From assembly GCA_965224025.1 (NCBI GenBank), contig OZ245033.1:1-64000 (forward strand): DNA of 64,000 nt, read 5' to 3'. Positions 45,102 to 56,658 of this stretch are shown here, piece by piece. The notes beneath the pieces are model-generated. The model ran no database searches and was not told where the DNA came from. It saw nothing but the letters and a program-made list of their open reading frames with translations. The position numbers were made by a program, and so were the translations under genes. The stretch is from Candidatus Multivorans sp. Its GTDB lineage: Bacteria > Acidobacteriota > Thermoanaerobaculia > Multivoradales > Multivoraceae. Numbering within the stretch: the first letter of the stretch is position 1; every line of letters begins with the position of its first letter.

Positions 45102-46130
45102 GTGGGCTCAGCCGTTCGTTGGGGCATCCTCGGCCCCGGCGCCATCGCGCGCTCCTTCGCCACCGCCGTCGACGCGCTGGACGGTCACGAAGTGACCGCC
45201 ACCGGCAGCCGCGACCCGGACCGCGCCCGCGCCTTCAACGCTGAGCGCGGTTACGCCGCCGCCGGGGCGGGGACCTACCCTCAGCTCGCGCGGAGCGAGG
45301 CGGTCGATGCCGTCTACGTGGCCACGCCCCATCCCGGCCATCTCGAGCACGCGGCGCTGGCGCTTCGGCAGGGCAAGGCGGTCCTGTGCGAAAAGCCGCT
45401 CACCGTGAACGCCTCGGAGGCCCGCGCGATGTGCGGCATCGCCCGGCGGCACGGCGTCCTGCTCATGGAGGCCATGTGGAGCCGCTTTCTGCCGGCGACC
45501 CGCCACGTCGCGCGCTGGCTGGCCGAGGGTGCGATCGGCGAACCCCGGCGGCTCGCCTGCTCCTTCGGCTTCAGGGCCCCGTTCGACCCGAAGAGCCGGT
45601 TGTTCGCACCCGAACTCGCCGGCGGCAGCCTGCTCGACATCGGCTGCTACACCCTCTCGCTCGCCGCGCTCGTCTTCGGTGACGCGGTCACCGGCGCCGA
45701 ATCGCCGGCCCTCGACGTCGACGCGGAACTCGCGCCGACCGGTGTCGACCAGCACTGCCGCACGACCCTGCGGTTTTCCTCCGGCGCCGAGGCGCACCTC
45801 GAAAGCTCCGTCAGCCGTCACACCGATCACACCGCCGTGATCGAGGGAAGCGAAGGCCGCATCGAGATCCTCCGGTTCTGGCGCGCCCAGCGCGCGGTGC
45901 TCCACCGCGGCGCCCGCCGCGCTGCGACCGCCGAGTTTCCCTTCCTCGCCAACGGTTACGAGTACCAGGCCCTGGAGGTCGAACGTCTGCTGGGTGAAGG
46001 CGCGCTCGAGAGCCCCCTGCTGCCCCACGCCGAATCGATCGCGCTGGTTGAACTGATGGACGAGATCCGCCGGCGGATGGGAGTCCGGTACCCGTTCGAG
46101 ACCGCCATCGGCGTGACGGAGGGGGCGTAG
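45102..46130 (+). CDS. Gfo/Idh/MocA family oxidoreductase
   Basis: WGILGPGAIA, VYVATPH, CEKP, GGSLLDIGCY. Confidence 0.93.
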   Translation: MGSAVRWGILGPGAIARSFATAVDALDGHEVTATGSRDPDRARAFNAERGYAAAGAGTYPQLARSEAVDAVYVATPHPGHLEHAALALRQGKAVLCEKPLTVNASEARAMCGIARRHGVLLMEAMWSRFLPATRHVARWLAEGAIGEPRRLACSFGFRAPFDPKSRLFAPELAGGSLLDIGCYTLSLAALVFGDAVTGAESPALDVDAELAPTGVDQHCRTTLRFSSGAEAHLESSVSRHTDHTAVIEGSEGRIEILRFWRAQRAVLHRGARRAATAEFPFLANGYEYQALEVERLLGEGALESPLLPHAESIALVELMDEIRRRMGVRYPFETAIGVTEGA

Positions 46131-46157
46131 GAGTGCGGCGCCGGCGGCGGGTGGAGC

Positions 46158-46236
46158 CGGCCTTCGGCCGGCCGGTAACGCGGGTCTTCTGACCCGCGAG
46201 GCAACCAGAGCGCGAAGCGGCGCGCGCGAGCTGTAC
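46158..46236. repeat. REP-like element nearly identical to 44136-44209
   Basis: GCCGGTAACGCGGGTCTTCTGACCCGCGAGGCAACCAG.GCGCGAAGCGGCG shared. Confidence 0.8.
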
Positions 46237-47913
<1,677 letters not shown>

Positions 47914-48051
47914 GGCCGCGGACTATGGCATGGGGCGCCTGCTCCTTCCTCTCAGGCGGCGCACCCGAGCCGCTTGCCCGCTCTCTGCCGTGCTAGTCTG
48001 TTCGGTATGACCGTTTCCAACACCCGCCTTGAAGCAACTGGAGGATTTCGC

Positions 48052-48396
48052 ATGAAGAAGGCACTGTTTGCGGTACTGGCTCTTTCGTTGATGGTCGGTG
48101 CCCCGGCGCTGGCTGGTGACACCTGGACCGGCGAGGTCCTCGACATGGTCTGCTTCGGGGACGGTCGGAAGGGCGCCGGTCACGCCGGCTGCGCCGTGAC
48201 CTGCCTGAAAAAGGGCAACGACATGGGTCTCCTGGTCGGCGATGAGGTCGTCAAGATCGACCGCGCCGGCTCCGACGCCGATGCGATCAAGACCCTCGAG
48301 GGTCTCGGCGGCAAGGCCGCCAAGGTCACCGGCAAGGCCATGACGGCCGACGACGGCGGCGTCACCGTGACCGTCAGCGCCGCCGAAGCCGCCTGA
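48052..48396 (+). CDS. Small secreted protein with C..H..CA..C motif
   Basis: GGAGG RBS, signal peptide, DMVC..HAGCAVTC. Confidence 0.8.
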   Translation: MKKALFAVLALSLMVGAPALAGDTWTGEVLDMVCFGDGRKGAGHAGCAVTCLKKGNDMGLLVGDEVVKIDRAGSDADAIKTLEGLGGKAAKVTGKAMTADDGGVTVTVSAAEAA

Positions 48397-48420
48397 CCGC
48401 CGCGTCAGCGACTTTTCTGA

Positions 48421-48444
48421 GAGCGGGCCTCCGGGCCCGCTTTC
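48421..48444. terminator. Hairpin between convergent genes
   Basis: AGCGGGCC-TCCG-GGCCCGCT followed by TT. Confidence 0.55.
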
Positions 48445-48456
48445 GTCCGCCCCAGT

Positions 48457-49563
48457 TCAGAACCAGAACCACGCCGCCACCGCTGCCGCGGTCAACAGCA
48501 GCGCCAGCAGCGGACCGATCAGCACTCGCCACAGTGCCGGTGCCGGGCGCTCGCGGGCGAGGCGGCGGCGTTGGTCCCTGATCCGCGAGATCCCGGACTG
48601 CCATTCGGGCTCGGCCGGGCTGGCGGCGGAGCGATCGGCGGCGGCCGCCGCCTTCCGGGCCTGCGTACGAGCCACGCTGTCGATCGCCGGCCGAACGCTC
48701 GGGCGGAGTTCCGCGCTTGTCTGCCGCAACCGGCCGATCACGTCGTCCAGGGCCGCGCGGCGACGGTCCACGTCCCGGTCGAAAGCGGCGGCGAACACAG
48801 CCTCGAAGGCGTCGGGCGCGCTGCCCGGAAGGGCGCCGGTCAGGTCCAGGGGCTGGGCCTTGATGGCACGCCTCATCGCCGGGTAGGTATTCGCGATGAA
48901 GGGGAACTCGCCGGTGAGCAACTCGTAGAGCACGACTCCGAGGGTCCAGACATCGTCCGCGGTCGTGAAGTCCGCCGGGGCGCCGGTGATCGCCGCCTCC
49001 GCCCCGTCGACCTGCTCGGGCGAAAGGTAGGCCGCGGTCCACAGGTTCGGCGATTCGACGGCCTCGTTGGCCACGGCCAGCGTCACCGGCCCCAGGCTCG
49101 CCGGCGCCAGCAGGACGACCTTGCCGGCGTCCTGCAGTTGGACGTTCGCCGGACGCAGGCCGCCGTGAACCACCCCGGCCCGGTGCAGAGCGCGCACCGC
49201 GCGGGCCAGCGTGAGGCCAACGTCGGCGGTTTGCTCGGGGCTGAGCGGCGACCGCTGGAGGCGACGACGAATCGTCTCACCCCCGCCCAGGGACCAGGCG
49301 AGGAGCGCGGGCGGATCGAACGATCGATCGACAAGGCGCGAAGAGCCCAGTTCCCCTTCCTCGGCAGCGGCCGCCAGGACCTCCGCCCGCTCCGCCGCTG
49401 CCTCCACCTCCGCCCGCGGCGCGTCCTCGGGGAAGCGCTGGACCAGCACCCACGACCTGGCGCCGATGTCCTGGGCGCGGTAGAGCGGCAACGGCAACTC
49501 GCCCGGCAGGCAGGGAAGCGAGCCGTGCACGCGGAACCGCGAGACGATGTCGCCGGCCTTCAT
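48457..49563 (-). CDS. Membrane-anchored Ser/Thr kinase-like protein, probably catalytically dead
   Basis: YLSPEQ and DVWTLGVVLYELLTG present; HRD replaced by HGG, no DFG, no VAIK lysine; C-terminal TM. Confidence 0.8.
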   Translation of the reverse strand: MKAGDIVSRFRVHGSLPCLPGELPLPLYRAQDIGARSWVLVQRFPEDAPRAEVEAAAERAEVLAAAAEEGELGSSRLVDRSFDPPALLAWSLGGGETIRRRLQRSPLSPEQTADVGLTLARAVRALHRAGVVHGGLRPANVQLQDAGKVVLLAPASLGPVTLAVANEAVESPNLWTAAYLSPEQVDGAEAAITGAPADFTTADDVWTLGVVLYELLTGEFPFIANTYPAMRRAIKAQPLDLTGALPGSAPDAFEAVFAAAFDRDVDRRRAALDDVIGRLRQTSAELRPSVRPAIDSVARTQARKAAAAADRSAASPAEPEWQSGISRIRDQRRRLARERPAPALWRVLIGPLLALLLTAAAVAAWFWF

Positions 49564-49609
49564 GGCCGTGGATGTTGGCACGAGCCGGCGCCCGCAGCGA
49601 GAACGCTTC

Positions 49610-49710
49610 GGTTGCAGTAGAGAGTTGCGTCACGTGGCGGTGGTTCTCTGGGTGCGCGGGCCTTCTGGCCCGCGTCAAGCGCGCTGCCGCGAAGCGGCGC
49701 GCGAGTCGTC
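49610..49710. repeat. REP-like element
   Basis: GGTTGCAGTAGAG..CTGGGTGCGCGGGCCTTCTGGCCCGC..GCCGCGAAGCGGC. Confidence 0.8.
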
Positions 49711-49850
49711 AACCCACGCCTGCCGCCCCCCCGAGACGGAATCTCCCATGGCCCGTCGACGTTGCCGCCATCCGAACGCCACCCTCCGAACGCCTCCATC
49801 AGTTAGTCTTCTCCCCCGCTGACGACGTAACCAAGTTGGAAACCGAACCC

Positions 49851-51593
49851 ATGACGAAGCTCCGACGAACCTTCGCCAAGCCCTGGACTCTCGCCGCGGC
49901 GGCCCTGGTGCTGCTTGCGGCCATGGCGCCGGCCCCGGCGCCGGCCCAGCAAGAGGACCTGCCGGCCGTGTTCTCCGAAGTGATCGATGTCCGGGTCGTG
50001 AACGTCGAGGTCGTGGTCACCGACAAGCAGGGCAACCGCGTCCACGGTTTGAAGGCGTCGGACTTCGAACTCCTGGTCGACCGCGAGCCGACGCCGATCA
50101 ACTACTTCACGGAGATCGACGAGGGTCTGGCCAGGGAGACGGCCGGCGCCGACGTGGCGGGCGTGCCGAACCTGGACCCGAACGCGCCGGTGGGCACGAG
50201 CTTCCTCCTCTTCATCGACGACTTCTTCTCGATCAGCCGCGACCGCGACCGGGTGCTCGACCGCCTGGAGAACGATCTGACGCAGCTTGGGCCTGCCGAC
50301 CGGGTGGCGGCCGTCGCCTTCGACGGCAAGACGGTCACCATGCTCACCACCTGGACCAACTCGCCGACCCAGTTGTCGGATGCGCTGCGGCAGGCCCGCC
50401 GGCGCAAGACCCATGGCCTGATGCGCCTCGCCGAACTGCGCACGAATGACCAGGAACGGACCGAGCAGGCGAACCTGCGTGCCATCGCCAACCGGTTCGC
50501 CGAGGAGGGCGGCGTCCAACTGCCCGAGGACGTGCTGCGCAACAGCCTGCGCGGCACCGAGCTGCGCTACGCGACGAACCTGGAGAGCCAGTTGGAGCGC
50601 TCCGTGCTGGCGGCCGTGGCGACCCTGCGCAGCTTCGCCAACCGGCCGGGGCGCAAGGTAATGCTCCTGCTCGCGGGCGGCTGGCCCGAATCGCCGGCGC
50701 TCTACACGATCGCCGACCGCGGCATAGGCCCCGAGAGCCTCGGCGCCTCGTCCGACTCCCGGCTCATGAGCCAGGACGACCTCTACGGCCCCCTCGTCTC
50801 CGCCGCAAACCTGATCGGCTACACCCTCTACCCGGTCGACGTGCCGGGATTCCGCCCGGAGTTCTCGCTGGATGCGTCGGTGGGGTTCGACGGCAACTCG
50901 GCGGCCGACCCGTCCCGGGGCGCCGGCGCGTTCCAGGAGCGCGAGCTGCTCCAGCACAGCACGCTCCAACTGCTGGCCCATTCGACCGGCGGCGTGCCGA
51001 TGATCAACTCCGGACGCGACACGGCCCTGGCCGACGCGGTGGCTGACACCCGCTCCTACTACTGGCTCGGTTTCGAGCCGCGGCGGCGCGAGGACGACGA
51101 GGTCCACGACATCGACGTGCGCCTGGTGGGCTATCCGGAGTACAGGGTGCGTTCGCGCGAGGGCTATGTGGACATGTCGCGCGGCTCCGAGGTCACGATG
51201 ATGGTCGAGGGCTCGCTGCTGTTCGGCAATCCGCCCTCCGCCAAGCCTCTCGGCGTCCGCTTCGGCAAGCCGCGGCGGGCCGGGCGGGGCAAGATGATCG
51301 TGCCCATCGCCGTCGCGATCCCCCTCGACGAAGTGACGCTCCTGCCCGTGGCGGGCGTGTGGCAGAACGAGCTGGAGTTCCGCGTCACGGTGATGGACGA
51401 GAACGGCAACCGCTCGGAAACGCCGGTCGAGACGATTCGCATCGCCGGTAGCCAGCAACCGCAGCCGGGCCAGTACTTCACCTACGAGAGCGGCCTGGAA
51501 CTCCGCCGCCGCGAGCATACCTTCGTCATCGCCGTCTACGACCCGCTCACCGGCGCGATCCTGTCCTCGAGCGGGGACATCGGCCCGCGGTAG
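49851..51593 (+). CDS. VWA-related acidobacterial-domain secreted protein
   Basis: V.VVNVEVVVTDK.G..V.GL...DF, GRK.MLL, L..LA..TGG, YYWLGF, VRSR.GY. Confidence 0.85.
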   Translation: MTKLRRTFAKPWTLAAAALVLLAAMAPAPAPAQQEDLPAVFSEVIDVRVVNVEVVVTDKQGNRVHGLKASDFELLVDREPTPINYFTEIDEGLARETAGADVAGVPNLDPNAPVGTSFLLFIDDFFSISRDRDRVLDRLENDLTQLGPADRVAAVAFDGKTVTMLTTWTNSPTQLSDALRQARRRKTHGLMRLAELRTNDQERTEQANLRAIANRFAEEGGVQLPEDVLRNSLRGTELRYATNLESQLERSVLAAVATLRSFANRPGRKVMLLLAGGWPESPALYTIADRGIGPESLGASSDSRLMSQDDLYGPLVSAANLIGYTLYPVDVPGFRPEFSLDASVGFDGNSAADPSRGAGAFQERELLQHSTLQLLAHSTGGVPMINSGRDTALADAVADTRSYYWLGFEPRRREDDEVHDIDVRLVGYPEYRVRSREGYVDMSRGSEVTMMVEGSLLFGNPPSAKPLGVRFGKPRRAGRGKMIVPIAVAIPLDEVTLLPVAGVWQNELEFRVTVMDENGNRSETPVETIRIAGSQQPQPGQYFTYESGLELRRREHTFVIAVYDPLTGAILSSSGDIGPR

Positions 51594-51607
51594 GCCGAGC
51601 GAGTTCC

Positions 51608-51808
51608 ATTGCAGTAGAGGACTCCGCCACGGCACCGCCGTACCGCTGGGTGCGCGGGCCTTCTGGCCCGCATCAGGCGCGCTGCCGCGCAGCGGCGCGC
51701 GCGAGCTGTACTCAACGACGCACTCCGGCCCTGGCGGCGCCGGCCCGCGGCCGGCGCCTTTCCTGGCCGCCACCGGCGGCAGCGGGCCAGAAGGCCCGCG
51801 CACCCAGA
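51608..51808. repeat. Inverted pair of REP-like elements
   Basis: Forward copy at 51645, reverse copy at 51782-51807. Confidence 0.8.
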
Positions 51809-51888
51809 AACACGCCGTCGTGTTGCTTCCAGGCCATGCCGCGGTTGAAATGCCGCCGCGCGCGAGTCCACCGCGTTACAGTCCGCGG

Positions 51889-54327
51889 ATGCCCGACGAC
51901 GCCTCATCCCACCGCGAGCCGACGCCCTACGGCGCCTGGACGTCGCCGATCACGGCCCGGGACGTCGCGGAGGGCGCACGGCGCATCGACGACATCGCCG
52001 CTGCCGGCGACCGCGTCTGCTGGATCGAGCGGCGGCCCGACGAAGGCGGCCGCAACGTCCTCGTCTGCCGCGGACCGGACGGCGAAACCCACACCCTGAC
52101 GCCAGTCGGCTACGATGTCCGCAGCCGCGTTCACGAGTACGGCGGCGGGGCCTTCTGCCTCTTCTCTCCGGTCCGTCCGCGGCTCGGCGACACGGCCCCG
52201 GTTCCAGCACGGGGTTCCGCCAACGCCGCCGATGGTGCTCTGGGTGCGCGGGCCTTCTGGCCCGCGTCAAGTGCGATGCCGCGAAGCGGCGAGCACGAGT
52301 CGCCCGGCTCCGTTGCCCACGCCTTCGTCAACTTCAACGACCAGCGCGTCTACCTCGCCGGCGCCGGCTCGCCGATCCCCCTGACCCCTGCCGACGGCGC
52401 CCACTACGCCGACCTCACGTCCGACCCGCACCGCCGCCGCCTGATCGCCGTCCAGGAGCGTCCCGACACCGCCGGCGGTGAGGAGATCGCCGCCCTGGTC
52501 GCGATCCCCTTGCCCACGGCCGCGCCCGACCCGCTCCCGCCGCCCACCGACCCGCCCTCGCCCACCGAACTCGTCTCCGGCGCCGACTTCTACAGCAGTC
52601 CCCGGCTCTCGCCCGACGGCTCGAAGCTCGCCTGGCTGAGCTGGAACCACCCCGACATGCCCTGGGACGCCACCGAACTCCGGCTGGCCGACCTCGACGA
52701 ACGCGGGCTCCCGGTAACGCCGCGCCTCGTTGCCGGCGGCGCCGCCGCCGCGCCCGAGGCGATCCAGCAACCGAGCTTCGACGCCCACGGCCGGCTCACC
52801 TTCATCTCCGACCGCAGCGGCTGGTGGAACCTCTACCGCCTGGATCTCGCATCCGCCCGCAGCGACGCCGCGCCGATTCCAGAAGAGAGCTCCACCGACA
52901 CCAACGCCCGCGCTCTGGGTGCGCGGGCCTGTAGCCGCGGGTCTTCCGACCCGCGGAGAAGAACGGGCGCGACGCCGCGAAGCGGCTCCCACGAGTCGCC
53001 GCCACCCCCTGAGCCTCCCGCCACGCCTCGAACCCACCCCCACCACCCCCTCCTCCCCCGGAACGCCGAGTTCGGCGTCCCGCCCTGGCTGTTCGGCATG
53101 TCGACCTACGCCCACACCGCCTCGGGCATCGTCGCCGCCTGCTGCGACCAGGGCGCGTGGCGCCTCCTCTTCCTCCCCGCCGCCGCGACCGGACCCGACG
53201 CCGCGACCGGGCCCGCCGCCGCCGCCACCGACACCGCACCACCGCAGCCCGTCGCCATCCCGTCGCCCTACGCCTCGATCTCCTGGCTGCGCCCCGTCGA
53301 CGGCGCCACGCCCACCGACGCCGCCCTCTTCCTCGGCGCCGCCCCCGACCGGCACGCCGAGCTCGTTCGGCTCAGCCTGCCCGGCGGCGCCGCCGACTCC
53401 GCCGCCGGCGCCACCAACCCCGAAGCCCCCGAACTCGAAGCCCCCGAACTCGAAGTCCTCGCCACCACCGGCCCGGCCCCGGACCCCCGCTACCTCTCCC
53501 GCGGCCGGCCGATCGAATTCCCCTCCGCCGCCGGCCGCCGCGCCTTCGCGTTCTTCTACCCGCCCAAGAATGACGACGCGCAGGCCCCGGACGGCGCCAG
53601 GCCGCCCCTGATCGTCAAGAGCCACGGCGGTCCGACCTCCGCCGCCGAGCACGTCTACGACCCCGGCGTGCAGTACTGGACCTCCCGCGGCTTCGCGGTC
53701 GTCGACGTGAACTACGGCGGCAGCACCGGCCACGGCCGCGCCTACCGCGAGTCCCTGCGCGACCGCTGGGGGATCGTCGACGTCGAGGACTGCGCCGCCG
53801 CCGCCGAGGCGCTCGCGGCCCGCGGCGCGGTCGACCAGCGGAAACTCGTGATCCGCGGCGGCAGCGCCGGCGGCTACACCACCCTCGCCGCGCTCGCGTT
53901 CAAAGACACCTTCGCCGCCGGCGCCAGCCACTACGGCGTCGCCGACCTCGCGGCCCTCGCCCGCGACACGCACAAGTTCGAGTCGCGCTACCTCGACCGC
54001 CTGGTCGGTCCGTACCCGGAACGGAGCGACCTCTACGACGAGCGCTCGCCGATCAGCGCCCGCGACGGTTTCTCCCGCCCGGTCATTTTCTTCCAGGGCG
54101 CGGAAGACCGGATCGTGCCGCCCAACCAGGCCGAGTCCATGGTCGAGGCGCTGCGCGCCAAGGGCGTCCCCGTCGCCTACGTCCTGTTCGAGGGCGAGCA
54201 GCACGGCTTCCGCCGCGCCGAGAACATCCTCCGCGCCCTGGAGGCCGAGCTCAGCTTCTACGGCCAGGTCCTCGGCTTCGAGCCCGCCGGCGGCATCGAG
54301 CCCGTGACCCTCCTGGGGATTCTGTAG
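51889..54327 (+). CDS. S9 (prolyl oligopeptidase family) peptidase with two in-frame repeat insertions
   Basis: PYGAW.SPI, SRVHEYGGG, HGGPT, GGSAGG, QGAED, EQHGF. Confidence 0.92.
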   Translation: MPDDASSHREPTPYGAWTSPITARDVAEGARRIDDIAAAGDRVCWIERRPDEGGRNVLVCRGPDGETHTLTPVGYDVRSRVHEYGGGAFCLFSPVRPRLGDTAPVPARGSANAADGALGARAFWPASSAMPRSGEHESPGSVAHAFVNFNDQRVYLAGAGSPIPLTPADGAHYADLTSDPHRRRLIAVQERPDTAGGEEIAALVAIPLPTAAPDPLPPPTDPPSPTELVSGADFYSSPRLSPDGSKLAWLSWNHPDMPWDATELRLADLDERGLPVTPRLVAGGAAAAPEAIQQPSFDAHGRLTFISDRSGWWNLYRLDLASARSDAAPIPEESSTDTNARALGARACSRGSSDPRRRTGATPRSGSHESPPPPEPPATPRTHPHHPLLPRNAEFGVPPWLFGMSTYAHTASGIVAACCDQGAWRLLFLPAAATGPDAATGPAAAATDTAPPQPVAIPSPYASISWLRPVDGATPTDAALFLGAAPDRHAELVRLSLPGGAADSAAGATNPEAPELEAPELEVLATTGPAPDPRYLSRGRPIEFPSAAGRRAFAFFYPPKNDDAQAPDGARPPLIVKSHGGPTSAAEHVYDPGVQYWTSRGFAVVDVNYGGSTGHGRAYRESLRDRWGIVDVEDCAAAAEALAARGAVDQRKLVIRGGSAGGYTTLAALAFKDTFAAGASHYGVADLAALARDTHKFESRYLDRLVGPYPERSDLYDERSPISARDGFSRPVIFFQGAEDRIVPPNQAESMVEALRAKGVPVAYVLFEGEQHGFRRAENILRALEAELSFYGQVLGFEPAGGIEPVTLLGIL

Positions 54328-54380
54328 GAGCCTGTCTGGTGGAGGATCGAAGTCCAGCCCAGAATTCTCGAGGAGTACCC

Positions 54381-54716
54381 ATGACCGACACCGCCGCCGC
54401 CGTCAGCGACATCTTCGCGCAGATGCCCGGCCGTCTCGACCCGGAAGCCGCCGCCGGTCTCGACGCCGTGATCCAGTTCGACCTCTCGGGCGATGGCGGC
54501 GGCGTCTGGCACTGCGCGATCAAGGACGGCGCCTGCGCGGTGGGCGAGGGCGCCCACGAGGCGCCGACGATGACCGTGTCGATGGAAGCGGCCGACTACG
54601 TCGAGCTCACCGCCGGCAGCCTGGACGGCATGACCGCCTTCATGACCGGCCGCCTGCGCATCGCCGGCGACATGGGCCTGGCGATGCGGATGCAGAACCT
54701 GTTCAGCATGGGCTGA
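54381..54716 (+). CDS. SCP2 sterol/lipid-binding domain protein
   Basis: IQFDLSG.GGG.W and AFMTGRLRIAGDM.LAM. Confidence 0.9.
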   Translation: MTDTAAAVSDIFAQMPGRLDPEAAAGLDAVIQFDLSGDGGGVWHCAIKDGACAVGEGAHEAPTMTVSMEAADYVELTAGSLDGMTAFMTGRLRIAGDMGLAMRMQNLFSMG

Positions 54717-54735
54717 GGCCGCCGGTACGCCGGCA

Positions 54736-54793
54736 GGGTGCGCCGACCTTCCGGCCGGCATCAGGCGCGCTGCCGCGTAGCGGCGAGCGCGGA
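54736..54793. repeat. REP-like element
   Basis: GGGTGCGCCGACCTTCCGGCCGGCATCAGGCGCGCTGCCGCGTAGCGGC. Confidence 0.7.
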
Positions 54794-55032
54794 ACTCAGT
54801 AGTCGTCTCTCTTGAAGTCCCCAGGGTGGAAGGTCTGGATGCCTTCGAGCCGCTGGACGTACAACCCGTACGACTCGGCGCTCCCGTCCGGGTCGGGACG
54901 GGTCACGCAGTTGACCGCACCACGCGCGTCAAGGCGGCCCGCCCCCACCCCGCCGTCAAACGTCCTTGCCCGTTGCCCTCTCCCCGCCGCACCCGCTACG
55001 CTCCCCGCGCCCCGCCTGCCCCCAAGTCCCAC

Positions 55033-56211
55033 TTGGCCGGCCCGCGCAACATCGCACTCTGCTTCGACGGCACCTGGAACAGCGACGACCGGGCGTCGCC
55101 CACGAACGTCGTCAAGACGAGCCAGGCGCTCGCGCCGCGGACCGCGGCGGGCACGCCGCAGCTCCGCTACTACGACCGCGGCGTCGGTACCGGGCGCTTC
55201 GACCGCGTGCGGGGCGGGGTGGTGGGTCTCGGCCTCGCCCGCAACGTGGAACTGGCCTACGCCTGGCTGAGCTCCCACTATCGCCCCGGCGACCGGCTCT
55301 TCCTGTTCGGCTACAGCCGCGGGGCCTATACCGCGCGCAGCCTGGCCGGGCTGCTCGGCCTCTGCGGCGTCCCCGACCCGCAGCGCTGCGCCGCCGCCGG
55401 CCTCCGGGTGGCCGATGTCGCGCTGCGGGGCATGGCGATCTACCGGCTGCGGCCCGGCGCCGCGCGCAGCGAGCGCGCCGCCTGCCACGTCGAGACCTTC
55501 GCCGTGACCCGCGGCGCCGGCGGCCGCCGGCAGGGGCCGCCCGCCGCCGGGCCCCCGTGCACGGTCCACTTCATCGGCGTGTGGGACACCGTGGGCGCCC
55601 TCGGCGTGCCGGTCACCTGGTTGAACTGGATCGGCGCCCGCCGCCACCGCTTCCACGACGTGCGCCTAGACCGCCACATCCGGCACGCCTGCCACGCGGT
55701 GGCGATCGACGAGGCCCGCCGCCCCTTCGCCCCCACCCTGTGGACCAACCGGCCGGCGCCGGGCCAGAACGTCGAGCAGCTCTGGTTCCCGGGCGTTCAC
55801 AGCGATGTCGGCGGCGGGCGTCCGAACACCGGGCTCTCCGACCGCGCGCTGCTCTGGATCTGGGCAAGGGCCCACGCCGCCGGCCTCGCGCTGCGGCCCG
55901 ATGCCGCCCGCGCCGGCATGGCGCCCGACGAACTCGGCCCGCAGGGCGACTCGATGTCGCTGGTCTACCGGCTCTGGGGCCGTTACGACCGGCCGGTCGG
56001 CGAGCGCGGCGAGGACGGCCGGCCCCTGGCGACGGGCGAACGCGTCCACTTCTCCGCCATGCGGCGCCTGGAGGCCCGGGAAACCAGCGCCTACCGCGAG
56101 GGAACCGCCGGCCGCACCCTGCTTCCGGCCCTGGAGCGCGACCTGGTCCGCGCGGCGCCGCCGGCGCCGGGCGAGGAAAACCCCGAGGAAGTCTCTTGGG
56201 ACGGCCCCTAA
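55033..56211 (+). CDS. DUF2235 (Tle1-like) hydrolase, paralog of 11743-12792 (start uncertain)
   Basis: FDGTWN, GYSRGAYTARSLAG, GVWDTVGALGVP, WFPGVHSDVGGG. Confidence 0.88.
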   Translation: MAGPRNIALCFDGTWNSDDRASPTNVVKTSQALAPRTAAGTPQLRYYDRGVGTGRFDRVRGGVVGLGLARNVELAYAWLSSHYRPGDRLFLFGYSRGAYTARSLAGLLGLCGVPDPQRCAAAGLRVADVALRGMAIYRLRPGAARSERAACHVETFAVTRGAGGRRQGPPAAGPPCTVHFIGVWDTVGALGVPVTWLNWIGARRHRFHDVRLDRHIRHACHAVAIDEARRPFAPTLWTNRPAPGQNVEQLWFPGVHSDVGGGRPNTGLSDRALLWIWARAHAAGLALRPDAARAGMAPDELGPQGDSMSLVYRLWGRYDRPVGERGEDGRPLATGERVHFSAMRRLEARETSAYREGTAGRTLLPALERDLVRAAPPAPGEENPEEVSWDGP

Positions 56212-56252
56212 CCCCAACCCCATCAACAATTTGACTTCCACACCCCTACCTC

Positions 56253-56281
56253 TTGACGAATCCCCTTGAAGGGCCTATAGT
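56253..56281 (+). promoter_or_regulatory. Near-consensus sigma-70 promoter
   Basis: TTGACG-N17-TATAGT. Confidence 0.7.
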
Positions 56282-56658
56282 GGCGGTGCTCGGAGGAACT
56301 TGATTCGGCAGGAGGCTGCATTCGATCCACCCGCGCCCCGACGCTTTGCGACATTCCGTGCAACGCTGGGCGCCACTGGATCTATTCGGTCGTTTCGGCT
56401 AAGGTTCCACCTACGTTTGGACAGACGGCCTTGAAGTCTTTTATCGGGAGGTGATGCGCAGCATCAGCGTAGGACGGTCGGCGGCTCGGTTCTGCCGGGG
56501 TCTGATCGTCCAGACAGAAACGTCAGCGGCCAGGGCAGCGCGGAACGTCCGCATCGCAGTGGCCTGATCTTCGGATCAAACGAAACTCCCGGTCCGGCAA
56601 ACGGCCGGTCCGGCAAATGAACGGCGGTTTGAAAGCCGCTCAAGGAGAAAACAAACTG

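Noticed and set aside
54796-54906. Short minus-strand peptide VTRPDPDG..FKRDDY
   Set aside because: Coding-like but only ~36 aa, with no RBS or recognisable family; cannot be supported.
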